Part shown: one piece after another, positions 1 to 12,599 of the stretch
Layout of the letters: every line of letters starts with the position of its first letter
How positions within the stretch are numbered: position 1 is the first letter of the stretch
Assembly: GCF_037042905.1 (NCBI RefSeq)
Contig: NC_087251.1
Coordinates: 33,048,001 to 33,112,000 of the forward strand
DNA: 64,000 nucleotides
Direction: 5' to 3'
Source of the DNA: Lytechinus pictus
Lineage: Eukaryota
Made by a program: the position numbers and the translations under genes
The notes under the pieces: model-generated
Seen by the model: only the letters and a program-made list of their open reading frames with translations
Databases searched by the model: none
Told to the model about the DNA's origin: nothing

Positions 1-113
1 ACGAAATATGACCAGGGAAGGTAAATATACATGATGACCCACCTTTTCACAACAATGCACACAACAACCTGGAGACATGTGTCCATGCACATGATATTAG
101 CGTGTACACTTTA

Positions 114-683
114 TAAAGGGTACTCAGGGCTGAAAATATCCATTAATGACAATCAATGTACAATTTACAGAAATGCTGAAAATTTTGTCAAAATCTGACA
201 ACAACTAGCGTTATCGAATTTTAAAGTTTAGCAATACTGTGAAAACAGTGAAATGCGTATATCGTCATGAATATTCATTAGGTGGGCTGATGATGTCACA
301 TCCTCACTTTCCGTTTTCATTATGTTATTACATGAAATCATAATTGTTCCATTTTTTCATTCAATGAAAATAATGAATCTAATGCACTAAATCAATTGTC
401 ATTCCAACTTTTGGGGTTCTTGAAGGAAAAAATTTAAATAAACCTAATTTCATATGTAATACGATACAAAAGAACAAGTGGGGGATATTACATCATAAGT
501 TTGCTCATTGAATATTCATGAAGACATGCCTAGAACTGTTTCACCAGAATAATGCAAATCTTTAAAATGCCATAACTTTGCTTTTCCTTGTCCCAATTTC
601 GATCAAATTTTCAGTGTTTTGTTTGTCTAATTTTTCTTTATCTGTTCAAATCATATTATTTTCAGCCTGGAGTACCCCTTTAA
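114..683. mobile_element. Non-autonomous TIR element (MITE), Kolobok-like termini
   Basis: Ends AAAGGGTACTCAGGGCTGAAAAT ... ATTTTCAGCCTGGAGTACCCCTTTAA, in a (T)TAA context. Internal inverted arms are present. Same family as 16221-16808. Confidence 0.75.
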
Positions 684-915
684 CAATCAAATAAACTGGA
701 TGACTATTCATACAAAGTGGAATAGAACCTTGTTCTGAAGATAATTAGTCAAATAATCGGCAGACCAGTGAGAATTGTGTCTTGATTTATTTACGACTGA
801 CATTGTTATCATATCTTTATTCTCAATTACTTTAAAAAAAAAACAACCTTACAGTATTTCATCAAATGATGTATCATAGGCCTACTTACGGGAGATCGGG
901 ATTGATAGTAATTTT

Positions 916-1042
916 TAATTTTCTTTAACGCCTGTAAAATAAATTTATGCAATACTGCCCTCAATTTATTGCTATTAATAATACAACAGTAAATTGAGGG
1001 CAGTATTGCATAAATTTATTTTACAGGCGTTAAAGAAAATTA
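916..1042. repeat. Perfect DNA hairpin, ~52-bp arms with ~20-nt spacer
   Basis: TAATTTTCTTTAACGCCTGTAAAATAAATTTATGCAATACTGCCCTCAATTTA is followed by its reverse complement ending at 1042. Confidence 0.9.
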
Positions 1043-1225
1043 CAATGTTTCAACTTACCCCGCGTTCCAACAAACCCTGATCTCCCCTACACTGAATTGT
1101 ATCATAGGCTTACTTACACTGTTCTTGACTGTTGACCAATTTATCTTTCAAGAACAGTTTAAAATTGATACAAGAGATTAAAAAGGGGAAATACAAAATA
1201 ACAATGTTTTATCCTTGGGAATTTG

Positions 1226-1617
1226 GTGGATTCACCTTACAGTGCGCAACCAATCGGTTGCAGCGGACAGGCCGAAATTAGCAATGCCACATGGGAAAAA
1301 GTTGACATATCTGCTGAGCGCTTGTGCATATGCATGCGATTATGCGCTGACCGACGCGGCTCGGCCGGTTTGCATAAAATTATGCTGTTTACCAGGGTCT
1401 AGGAGGTAGGAGAGAAATTTGCTGCAGATGCCTTTGGGGAATTTAGACCGTTCTCAGTGAATTCTTCTTCTGGTTATCATATGGTTTTCATTTTTAAGCA
1501 TATTTACACCAGCACTATGCGCTGGCTGCGCATAGCCTGCACGTGATGTCGAACAACAGTTAGAAATTGGCCTGTCCGTTGCCACCCGATAGATGGCGCA
1601 CCGTATTGTGATTCCAC
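1226..1617. mobile_element. Degenerate MITE with ~55-bp imperfect TIRs
   Basis: GTGGATTCACCTTACAGTGCGCAACCAATCGGTTGCAGCGGACAGGCC matches the reverse complement of GGCCTGTCCGTTGCCACCCGATAGATGGCGCACCGTATTGTGATTCCAC. Confidence 0.6.
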
Positions 1618-2307
1618 TGAATTGTTGTTAGTGAGATTTAACTATGATCTTGTGAGCTGTGTATCAATGAAAACAACTCACACATAACTGCATTGGGATA
1701 AAGTTTCTAAACACAATTTGCAGGAATAGCAAATGACAAGCTCATAATAACATTTTAGGGATGGTACATTAATAATGCAATTACTGCATAAATGGTCCAT
1801 TGAGACAAACTATTGTTTTTTGGGGTTTTAAACAGAAAGCTATTTGTAAACTGTAATCTGACCGACTACATATCATAAAGATAAAAATTTATAATTTTTT
1901 TTTACTATCTTTCTGTAGTGCTTACCCATTAACTCTAATTTCTTTAATAAAAAGGAAGTACTTCAAGTTGTTAGAAGTGAAAATCTTAAGGCTGCAATAA
2001 CCAATCTTGGTTTTTTGATATATTGAGCTCTTTTGTAACAATCAGAAAACTGTCCTTATACAGTTTCAAGTTTTCAATACTTATTTTTTAACCATAAAAT
2101 ATGCTGTAAAATCAAGATGTAGAATCGATGTTGCTAAGACAACATTTAACATATTTCAAACTTTGAAGAAAATGACATTTTTGTTTTAATCACTCACTGA
2201 TATAGATTATATCAGCAGTCCTAATGTTCAGGAAGGACAATCTACTGTCTAACTTGCATCTCACATGTAGTGTGATATCTATGCCTAAGTGACCTCCAGA
2301 AAATCTA

Positions 2308-2897
2308 TTAAAGGGGAATGAAACCTTTGGAGCAAGAAGGCTTGTGTCGAAACAGAAAAATCAAAGAATAAGAACAAAGAAAGTTTTAGAAAAATCAGAC
2401 AAATAATAAGAAAGTTATGAGCATTTGAATATTGCAATCACTAATGCTATGGAGATCCTCCGTTGGCAATGCTACAAGGATGTGTGATGTCACATGTGAA
2501 CAACTTTCCCTTTGATGGACTATAAAATACCCCCAAAATGTCTCTTTTTGCTCTTTCTTATGGTGATACAAACTCTTTATCCATGATGTATTCTTTGAAA
2601 ATCTGTATTATATGCCCTCCTATAGAAGATTATATGCTCTACTGATAGATGTGAAAAAAGAGGCAGTTTAAGTGAAATATATGCTAAAGTAATGGGGAGA
2701 GTTGTTCACAAGTGACATCACACATCTTTGTCGCATTGCCAATGTTAGGATCTCCATGGCATTAGTAATCACAATATTCAAATGCTCATAACTTTCTCAT
2801 TATTTGTCCGATTTTTCTCAAACTTTCGTTGATCTGTTTCTTTGATTTTTCTGTTTTCACACAAGCTATCTTGTTCAAAGGTTTCATTCTCCTTTAA
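2308..2897. mobile_element. MITE with long (~190 bp) TIRs and TTAA flanks (Kolobok-like)
   Basis: TTAA-AGGGGAATGAAACCTTTGGAGCAAG ... CTTGTTCAAAGGTTTCATTCTCCT-TTAA. Arms stay complementary for about 190 bp. Confidence 0.8.
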
Positions 2898-3162
2898 GTA
2901 TGTTCCTATCCTCATTATGCAAGCTCTCTTTCTGGCAAAGAGCAGGCCACGCCATGAATTCAAATGAATGGTCATCTAAAAAATAAAAGAAGAACCCCTA
3001 AACCCTTTCAAAGGGATGACTACCCCATTAGATATCTAGTTTTACAGCAGTCAAAAGGAAGCCAAGTTTTCCCTTACACCAACCAGGGCGCATCTTGGAA
3101 AACATCTCAATGTAAATGTCTTGGAGTATTTTTTCTTTGAATTTGAGCTACAAAAAAAGGTT

Positions 3163-4267
3163 AACAAGTGGAATGCCTCTGGCCGTCTCACCTGCATCAC
3201 GCGATTCAATATAGCAGCAGTGCTGATTTTGAAAACTACTATAACTCGCACAAGATGTTCAGTGCTACTTGGTTACTCTTATTTCCACGTTTTATGAACT
3301 AGACCCATACACTTATAGAGATATGATGGTAATTCAACAAATACCCCCAACGTGGCCAAAGTTCATTGACCTTACATGACCTTTGACCTTGATCATGTGA
3401 CCTGAAACTCACACAGGATGTTCAGTGATACTTGATTACTCTTATGTCCAAGTTTCAAGAGAAAGATCCATCAACTTTCCAAGTTATGATGGTAATTCAA
3501 CAGATACCCCCATTATGGCCAAAGTTCATTGACCTTTGACCTTGGTCATGTGACCTAAAATGCGCAAAGGATGTTCAGTGATACTTGATTACTCTTATGT
3601 CCAAGTTTTATGAACTAGACCAACACACTTTCAAAGTTATGGCGGTAATTCAACAAATACCCCAATTTGACCAAAGTTCATTGACCCTAAATGACCTTTG
3701 ACCTTGATCATGTGACCTGAAACTTGCACAGGATGTTCAGTAATACTTGATTACTATTATGTCCAAGTTTCATGAATCAGATCCATAAACTTTTAAAGTT
3801 ATGATGGTAAATCTACAGATACCCCCAATTCGGCCAAAGTTCATTGACCCTAAATGACCATTGACCTTGGTCATGTGACGTGAAACTCATGCAGGATGTT
3901 CAGTGATACTTGATTAACCTTATGTATAAGTTTCATGAACTAGGTCCATATATTTTCTAAGTTATGATGACATTTCAAAAACTTAACCTTAGGTTAAGAT
4001 TTTGATGTTGATTCCCCCAACATGGTCTAAGTTCATTGACCCTAAATGACCATTGACCATGGTCATGTGACATGAAACTCAGGCAGGATGTTCAGTAATA
4101 CTTGATTAACCTTATGGCCAAGTTTCATGAACTAGGTCCATATACTTTCTAAGTTATGCTGTCATTTCAAAAACTTAACCTCAGGTTAAGATTTGGTGTT
4201 GACGCCGCCGCCGCCGTCGGAAAAGCGGCGCCTATAGTCTCACTCTGCTATGCAGGTGAGACAAAAA
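3163..4267 (-). mobile_element. Non-autonomous Helentron-type (DINE-1/Tsp-like) element with internal ~160-bp tandem repeats
   Basis: Subterminal inverted repeat GTCTCACCTGCA (~3184) / TGCAGGTGAGAC (4251-4262). Five to six units containing AAAGTTCATTGACC...GACCTTTGACCTTG(A/G)TCATGTGAC. (GCC)n microsatellite near 4204. A/T-run insertion site with no TSD. Confidence 0.75.
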
Positions 4268-4614
4268 TGGAGTATACAGTATCATGCTGGAAAATGAGAA
4301 ATCTTTAATAGGTAAGATTTGTGTAATTAAAGCTCTTGTGCTTCCACAAAAAAAGGAGTTTTACAACAGCCATGCTTTTTATTATGATGATTTATGAGGA
4401 TTTGTTATCCCAGGAGTAAAGTAGATCTTTGCCACATAAGGAAAAGACAAACAGCACCATTGCTCTTAAGAATTGTTAGTGATTGTTCAATGTAATTTTT
4501 TTGTTCAATCTTGCCAATAGCTATGATCTTGCCAATAAATTTCACCTGCCAAATATAATAATCATTAATGACATTCATTAAGAACTTTTAAAGATGAAAG
4601 AACTGACTTAATAC

Positions 4615-4698
4615 CTGAGACTGAGATTCCTGGTTGCAAGAGGTGTAACGATCCCACCGAACCTTGAGGTTCTGATGTAAACCTCGTTCTGTCTCCAT
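4615..4698 (-). CDS. Probable first coding exon of an unidentified minus-strand gene (exon 4754-4615; ATG at 4698; METERGLHQNLKVRWDRYTSCNQESQSQ)
   Basis: Minus-strand acceptor TTTTATGTCTTTGCAG and donor CAG|GTATT bracket a 140-nt segment richer in GC than its flanks. ATG context is AGGATGG, with 28 open codons to a phase-0 donor. No homology recognised. Confidence 0.4.
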
Positions 4699-5096
4699 CC
4701 TGGATGAGATATCAGTCTACATCCACATCACAGATTAGAATAAAAAAGGACATCCTGCAAAGACATAAAATAATATATTATTAAAATTAAAGAAAAATCA
4801 TTAGCACAACACTTTGAGAATTATGATACAGATTCTTCAAATGTGATCTGGTTGATCAGTTGGTTTTGTTGTTGAGGGCAAAGAAAGCATGACAACTTCA
4901 ATACAGGGACGGATAGCTGAACATCCCGTCCAAGGGACTAATGAGTTTATTCACACCGACTCAATCACCGGAATATCTGTAAATTTACGAGAACTTGTTC
5001 AGGCCTAAAAATACCTGATAATTGACCGCATCAATTTCCACCTGTTGCAGAGAGACTTAAGGGGTAGGTTCTTCAAGTTACAAGCATTCATAGTAC

Positions 5097-5336
5097 AGTC
5101 TGAGTAGCAGACAAGGTTTCCTCTCATTCACATTACAGGTTTTCTCTGATCGAGAAATTTTTCTCGTTCTGTAAAACCCCATCAGGAAATAACAGGTATT
5201 TGGGCATATGTGACAGGAACTTGTATCCCATCGATCACTGCTACATGAATAAGCGATTACGTTGGGCGCAGGCTCTTTGGGGCTGCTGAGATAACGATTT
5301 TGACTCATAATGTGCCTCATCTGCAACTCAGACTAC
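5097..5336. mobile_element. Short TIR element (AGTCTGAG...CTCAGACT)
   Basis: AGTCTGAGTAGCAGA ... TCTGCAACTCAGACTA inverted ends. Confidence 0.5.
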
Positions 5337-7608
5337 TTAGACTCATACAATGCATGTTCATAATTTCATAAACTTTCCTAAAAAGTCTCTGGTTTGGGTG
5401 GGTATGAATGCGATTTGATCAAATACCGACGCATACATGGTATGCAACGCGCATACGCAGTAGTAAGCGTCGTTTTCATAGTTGCTATGGCAAAAAGCAA
5501 AAAGCGCATGCGTGAGTCGCAGACAGAAGGGTAGTCGGATCGCAAGGTGTGCGGTGTCGAGGCTTATGACTACCTTGCGATTCATCTCCCCTCACTCAGT
5601 CGCAGACCAGTTGGGTTGTAAGGTGTGTGCGGTGGCCTTAAGTTTAACGATGATTTACCCTTCATATAGCTGACAAATGGAAAGACATAAGCTCCTTAAA
5701 ACGTTCATCCACGCTACTCTTACAAAACAGTCCTGTTGCCAAACAATTTTTAGCAAGTGGTCTGAGGTAACTTTGTCCAGCAGGCATACACATTAGAAGA
5801 AATCCAACTTTTGTCAGATCATTAAGATGACAGTGCTGAACCAAGGAGCTTCCTTGGCTGAACAAAGCACAGATCTGCCATACTATTCACAATATCCTAA
5901 GACAAGACCCCTGAACAAATCTGCTTAAGAAAGATAAAGTCATGCTAGCCAGAAAAAAAAAAGAACAAACTCATTTTTCCAGATATGCATGAATACGAAG
6001 AGAAGGGAGTTTGAAACTGTTTTAAGGACAGAAGTTATCAGAACAGAGGAAGGAAAGGGTGACCAAGCTGATAATGGAGCAAGTTCCTCAAGACGTTATA
6101 CCACTCGCTCACATCCTGAAAAACATGAATGATTGAAATACAAGCTGACAAACAAACATGCCTATTTTAATAAACAAGAAACGTCTTCATATGGTTGCCA
6201 GTTGGCCAATAGCTGTAGAGCCTGAAATTTGAGGGAACGTAATGTGGGCTCTGAATGTAAAGTTCTTTGGCGTCTTTTGGGGTACAAGAAAACCTTCAGA
6301 TATAGAAAAAGTCATAGACCCATCCCCCCCCCCCTCTTAATAATTTCCAATATTCACGCACTCACATATGCTTCCAGTTGTAATATAATCTTACATTGTA
6401 CCAAGAATATTCACACATGAAAACCTTTACAGAAATTATTGAACATATAATTACGTAATAAAATAAGGATAAATATAAAGATAAAATGATACTCACAGAA
6501 TTATGTCCAATAAAAAGATAATAATAATAATAGCACTACTTCCTCTGCTGAATATGACTATGCACTTATAATACACTAAATCATGTGTTGTAATAACTGA
6601 CAAGAGATTGAGATCAGTCTTCAAGTCACCTGACATACATTGTGTGTTTGTACTAACAATCCTATTTGAACAAGACAAGATGAGACCTTTCAGATATGGC
6701 TCCTCACAATGTTTGCATAACAAGGCAATCATCAATGGCAGTCATATACTGTATTGCTGGTCTGACAGACTTGTATAATCAATTTAAAATTGATCAGAGC
6801 ATATTTCATAAAATCTACAATAACAGTTTGAAAGCTACTGAAATCATTCAATTTGATTTGCTGATAGTGAACTTGTTATAGAAATTTGGCATTTGTTATT
6901 AAAACATGACTTAAAAAAAAAAAAGATACAAAGTTTATGACAACTTTTATGACATCCACCAGAATACCGATTCTGTCTTCTGTCGTATCTCTGAGACCAT
7001 GTTCAGAATACCGCCCATGGCTCATCCTGGATCCCAATAAGAACTCAGTAGGGCCTATAAAGCCGTCCACAATTCATCAACTCTATTATGGAATGCGAAT
7101 TGAGAACCAGGGCCCTTTATACATTACATTTTTATCATGTTACCTTTTGAAAAATAATTTTTACCTGATAAGTTGGACAATCAGTGTTGACTCTAAACAT
7201 GTCTATGGTCCCTCTTTTTCAACTGTCCATGATATAGATGTTGATCTTCCATTGCACAAAGTACTTTCAGTTTCAGTCATATCATAAAGAATGGTTATTT
7301 TCATTTCCATACATCCATCAAAAGAAGTACAAGTGCCTCCATTAACCTGTTTAACCTCCATTAACAGGTTAATTCCATTAACCTGTTATATATAACAGAC
7401 AAGTGAAGACTATATATGTATCTGCAGAGAGGAATCATCCTCAAAGGTGAAATGTCTGTAGCGTCTTGATGAGTTAAGAAATGATTCCAACTGAAACAAA
7501 GAGTATCAGTGTTGGGATAAGTGCTTCTTCATCCATCCATTGCTACTACCCAGAAATATAATTTCCTCTTGTATAGACAAGACTATAAACAGCTTCTGGG
7601 GAGTCATA

Positions 7609-8404
7609 GGCTGTGTTTATGCGACCTCAAGCCAGAATCATGATTTGAATCATGATTCAAAACACAAACATGAATCACAATATCACAGAATCAGCGTTTA
7701 GACGTCCTTCATTCCAATGCCGTTTCTCCTCAGATTAGGGCCAATCCAGTGCGCATCACTAGTGCGCAGTTTAATAGAGGAAGTTTTTCGCACGTGTGTT
7801 GGCTCTCGAAAAATCTTTTACTTTCATAATTCAGTCTATATACCTCATTTTGTTTACTTCTAGTTCTATCATAGGGTCCATGCTTCTACCCATCTTTTCG
7901 GTTTATGGAAAATGGTATTCGGAAGTGAATTTCAGCGTAGATCCAATTTAATATTGACACTGTTAACTTAACAACTGAGATCCTTGTCCAGTAATAGAAG
8001 TTGAAGTTGAAGACATGACCAAAAAATGATAAGTAGTGGACGATGTGATGACCAACACAGAATTTGAACATTACAAGAAACGCATGTATAGCACATAATT
8101 ATGAACATATACACTGAGCATATAGAGCGCCTTGAGCTTGGCAAGAGTCAAACCGTAAATACCCTGACACAATGACGTCATAGAATCATGATTGTAATCA
8201 CGATATCGTTTATTCGAACATTTTCGTACGTGATTCTGCAGAAACGTCTTTCCAAACGCCCCTTTTTTCGTGTTTCATGTTTGTGATTCTAATCATGATT
8301 ATATTCAATTTCGACTAAACGCAATCGTGATTCTGCAGAATCATAATTTGAATCATGATTCAGATCATGATTCTAGGGTAAAAAAGTGGCGGATAAACGC
8401 ACCC
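7609..8404. mobile_element. PIF/Harbinger-like MITE, copy 1
   Basis: GGCTGTGTTTAT ... ATAAACGCACCC termini with a 3-bp ATA duplication (7606-7608, 8405-8407). Repeated subterminal AATCATGATT motifs. Confidence 0.8.
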
Positions 8405-9927
8405 ATACACATCCAGCCAAAGACATAACTCAAGACCCTACCCCAAAAGACTTCATTCTAGACAGAATGATCGCTTCCCTCCAGTCTCCACATGTTATCA
8501 AAGTGCTATCACAGAAATTAAAGGTTGAAGTTGTTCCTAAAACGAGCCATCACACATCTGCAATATATACATTTAACACAAAAAGTAAAAAGTACCTGAT
8601 GTGCATTTTTATCAGCAATTTTGATGGTTCCAGAAGAGGGATTATAAGGTAATAACAATATTTTACTTTTATAAATTGCTTTTAATACAAATCAAAATGA
8701 CGTCACAAAGTGCTTTATAGATGTATCATTACCGTGTCATCCGATCCCGGCATGCCTGCACGCAATGAATGCACTTTCTCCACTCCCTGGGGAGCATTCC
8801 AAGAAAAGTTTCAAGACACACTTGCTAGGCACAGTGCACCGGCTTTCTGTATCTGAGAGATACTATACAACCATTGGATAGTTGGATAATTCAGAATTAT
8901 TCCAGAAGGTTTTGATATCTTTCAAGTGACTAATATCCAACAAGAGCACATCACAACCTTTCAAACAGTCTCATCAGAAAGCTATTTTCATCGAAAGACC
9001 CATTTTAATTAACTCTTCATGTCACATTCAGACTGTCACACCTGAGAGGTCAGTCTCATTAGACCTTGGCTAAGGACTTGCTGTCAACAAATCTTCAGTG
9101 GACCATGGACGATGATTAGCCAGCGAGGTCAACAATATTTCAGATAACTTGGTAATTGATTTCTGTTTTCTACTTGCAGAAAAGTGATGTGGGGTTATAA
9201 ATAAAAATGCCATAATAAATTTACAGCATATTATGACATTGTCTGAAATACATATATACAGGTACTGTAGGTAAAATAAGTAGGACAATTTTTATCCTTG
9301 AGACAAAGAAACGAGTTATCAATTTAACGAGTTATCAATTCTTGATGGCATGGTTAGTAAAATATGTATGTGTAAAAGAAAATAACCTGTTCTTCTTTAC
9401 AACTTTCTTCTTCCTATAGATCTTGGCATTTTAAGGATCAAGAAAAAGTGTAGCCTATCTGATATGCGCCGGGCTTGTGGGCAAGTTACTGATCGTGTGA
9501 AGGAAACTGACGGACTCAGGCTTCGCCCTCGCCCGGCAGTAGTTTGCCCACTAGCCCAACGCATATCAGATAGGCTAGAACGTAAAATCATTATCAAGCA
9601 AAAACAAATGATTTACTTTGAAATAAAGCAAGCATTGATAAAATTCTCAACTTTTGTCAATCAATATGCCTATCAACATATATTCTGTGAAATGATTTTA
9701 AAAGTGGCATCTTTTATTAAAAAAAGTGTGAACTTATACATGACCCAACGTACAAATCAATTTCAATTTTATATTTTTAAATTTGCTTTTTCTATTCTAC
9801 AGAAATCTGTTCGACGTAGGATAAATTTGGCTTTATACGTAGGCCTACATACATGTATTTTCAATTGATCTTGTCTGAAACAAATTGCTTTGATTTTTAA
9901 TAAGCAAATATCATATGTATATTTAAA

Positions 9928-10728
9928 GGGTGCGTTTATCCGCCAATTTTTTACCCTAGAATCATGATCTGAATCATGATTCAAATCATGATTCTGCAGA
10001 ATCACGATTGCGTTTAGTCGAAATTGAATATAATCATGATTAGAATCACAAACATGAAACACGAAAAAAGGGGCGTTTGGAAAGACGTTTCTGCAGAATC
10101 ACGTACGAAAATGTTCGAATAAATGATATCGTGATTACAATCATGATTCTATGACCTCACTGTTGTGTCGGGCTATTTTCGGTTTGCTCAAGGCGCTCTA
10201 TATGCTTATTGTATGTACATGATTATGTACTACGCATGCATTTCTTGTCATGTTTAAGTTATGTGTTGGTCATCGCATCGTCCACTACTTTTCATTTTTT
10301 GGTCATGTCTTCAACTTAAAGTTCTAGTAAATTAATTAACTGGACAGACAATGATCTCAGTTGTTGTTGAGTATACAGTATCAATATTAAATTGGATCTA
10401 CACCGAAATTCACTTCCGAACACCATTCTGGATAAACTAACAAGATGAATAGAAGCATATGGACCCTATATGAAAGAAGTAAACAAAATGAGGTATAGAC
10501 TGAATTCTGGAAGCAAAAGATTTTTCGAGAGCCGAAACACGTGCGAAGAAAAACTTTCTCTGTCAAACTGCGCACTAGTGATGCGCACTGGATTGGCCCG
10601 AATCTGAGGAGAAACAGCATTGGAATGAAGGTCGTCTAAACGCTGATTCTGTGATATTGTGATTCATGTTTGTGTTTTGAATCATGATTCAAATCATGAT
10701 TCTGGCTTGAGGTCGCATAAACGCAGCC
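9928..10728. mobile_element. PIF/Harbinger-like MITE, copy 2, inverted relative to copy 1
   Basis: Reverse complement of 7609-8404 over its full length. GGGTGCGTTTAT ... ATAAACGCAGCC termini with AAA/TAA flanks. Confidence 0.8.
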
Positions 10729-11676
10729 TAAGATAGTCAAACCTGTAGCAACAATCCGAATAACATATATTTTGCTCAAATCAATTTTAATAACAATTTA
10801 TGTCAGTCTAGACAATCCATTTATTGTTTTGTGCTATGTCCATCTTGACAATAGTAAACAAAATGTGCACTCTAGTGTTGAGAATGTGAGTATTAACAAT
10901 TATGTTCTGTTCGCTCATACCTAGAACCTTCAACTAACTATTCATTATCTGCATATTGCCACTCAATGTCAAGTCAACATGTTTAAGGAGGTGTGTGTGT
11001 GAATCCATGCTTTTTAGTGAATAAAACATTGTCAACATCCCTTTTTGTCCTGAATACCCTGAACTTTGTGACAAATCAACAACCAGTGTTTTCCCTTGAT
11101 AAGATAGCAAATCCTTGCACCATCAAAAAAATTGGGGCAGCCTCCAGGGCCTGTAAATTGTATAATATACAGCATTCTAAACCAAAGTTCTTAAACAAGA
11201 GATAACACTTAATTGATGTTTTGTTTGTAATAATCTCTCGTAATAATCTCCAATATCGTTTGTAACTTCTAAACTGTTGCCACCAGGCATTTTACCGAAA
11301 CGAAACTAAATGCCCCCCCCCCCCCCCCACCGGCCCATATCATTTGACTTTGGCCATAATGCTGTTTTGTTTTACAATCCTTGACTCCTTGCCTTTTGGA
11401 TGAGAACCACATCCAATTCTGCACACTGTCCATCCTAATATCTTTTTTCTCTTGACGAGTGGATACCATGCGCGACCATGGGGTCCCGAAAAGCACCCTA
11501 AACAAGTATTTTCCATATTCTAAAAATGCACCCTGGCCGGATGAGCTAAAAATTCATATTTTAAAATGTGCTGCGTGGCAAAATCGTCAATAATTGTATG
11601 ACCCGTGCGATAGTCCGGGGTTGAGGCATACATTTGTTTTAGTAATTGTAAATGGAAAAATTGTAATTGCAATTGA

Positions 11677-12259
11677 AACAAGTGGAGCGCCTCTGGCAGT
11701 CTCACCTGCATTATGGGAATACATAGCAGCAGTGCTGACTTTGAACACTACTATAAAATAATTATTATCAAAATACACCATTCATAAAATGATACATCAC
11801 TACGTTCATTGACTCGAAATGACATTTGACTTTGAAAGTTATGACAGCAATTACCTCCAACATGGCCAAAGTTCATTCACCTAGATGACCTTTGACCTTG
11901 GTCATGTGACCTGAAACTCCACAGGATGTTCAGTGACACTTGATTACTCTTATGTCCAAGTTTAATGAACTAAACCTATACAATATCAGAGTTATGATGG
12001 CAATTCAACAAATACCCCCAATTTGGCCACAGTTCATTGACCTTAAATAACCTTTGACCTAGGTCATGTGACCCGAAACTCGCACAGGATGTTCAGTGAT
12101 ACTTGATTACTCTTATGTCCAAGTTTTATGAATCAGATCCATAAACTATCTAAGTTAGCTGTCATTTCAAAAACTTAACCTTGATGTTGATGCCGCCGCC
12201 ACCGCCATCGGAAAAGTGGCGCCTTTAGGCTCACTCTGCTATGCAGGTGAGACAAAAAA
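11677..12259 (-). mobile_element. Second, shorter Helentron-type (DINE-1/Tsp-like) element
   Basis: Same termini as 3163-4267 (AACAAGTGG...GTCTCACCTGCA; TGCAGGTGAGACAAAAA) with about two internal repeat units. Confidence 0.75.
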
Positions 12260-12599
12260 TGTAATATAATTGAATACCAATTGTACATTTCAATTATGCA
12301 ATGAGCGCAGCTGAGCGAAGCCTCCAATGTTCAGAGCCGAAAGAGGTCAGTTTGGTAAGTAAATTGTCATTATTTACCAATTTCTATTTCAAAATTATTG
12401 ATAGTTATAATTAAAATCGGCATTGGCGCAGCTAAAATAAATTATTTTATCAACAATTAAGAATTAGTTTGGGGTCTAGAGTGCGATTTATATCACCGAA
12501 ATTGATTGCAACGCACAACTCTACACTTCCAATATTTGGAAACTGCATTTGATATTTGGCAAAAAACAAGCTTCTGCAATCAATAATAATAAACATTAA

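Noticed and set aside
1059..1086. 28-nt minus-strand micro-exon (AG...GTAAGT)
   Set aside because: Weak acceptor, located within the hairpin/direct-repeat structure, with no supporting frame.
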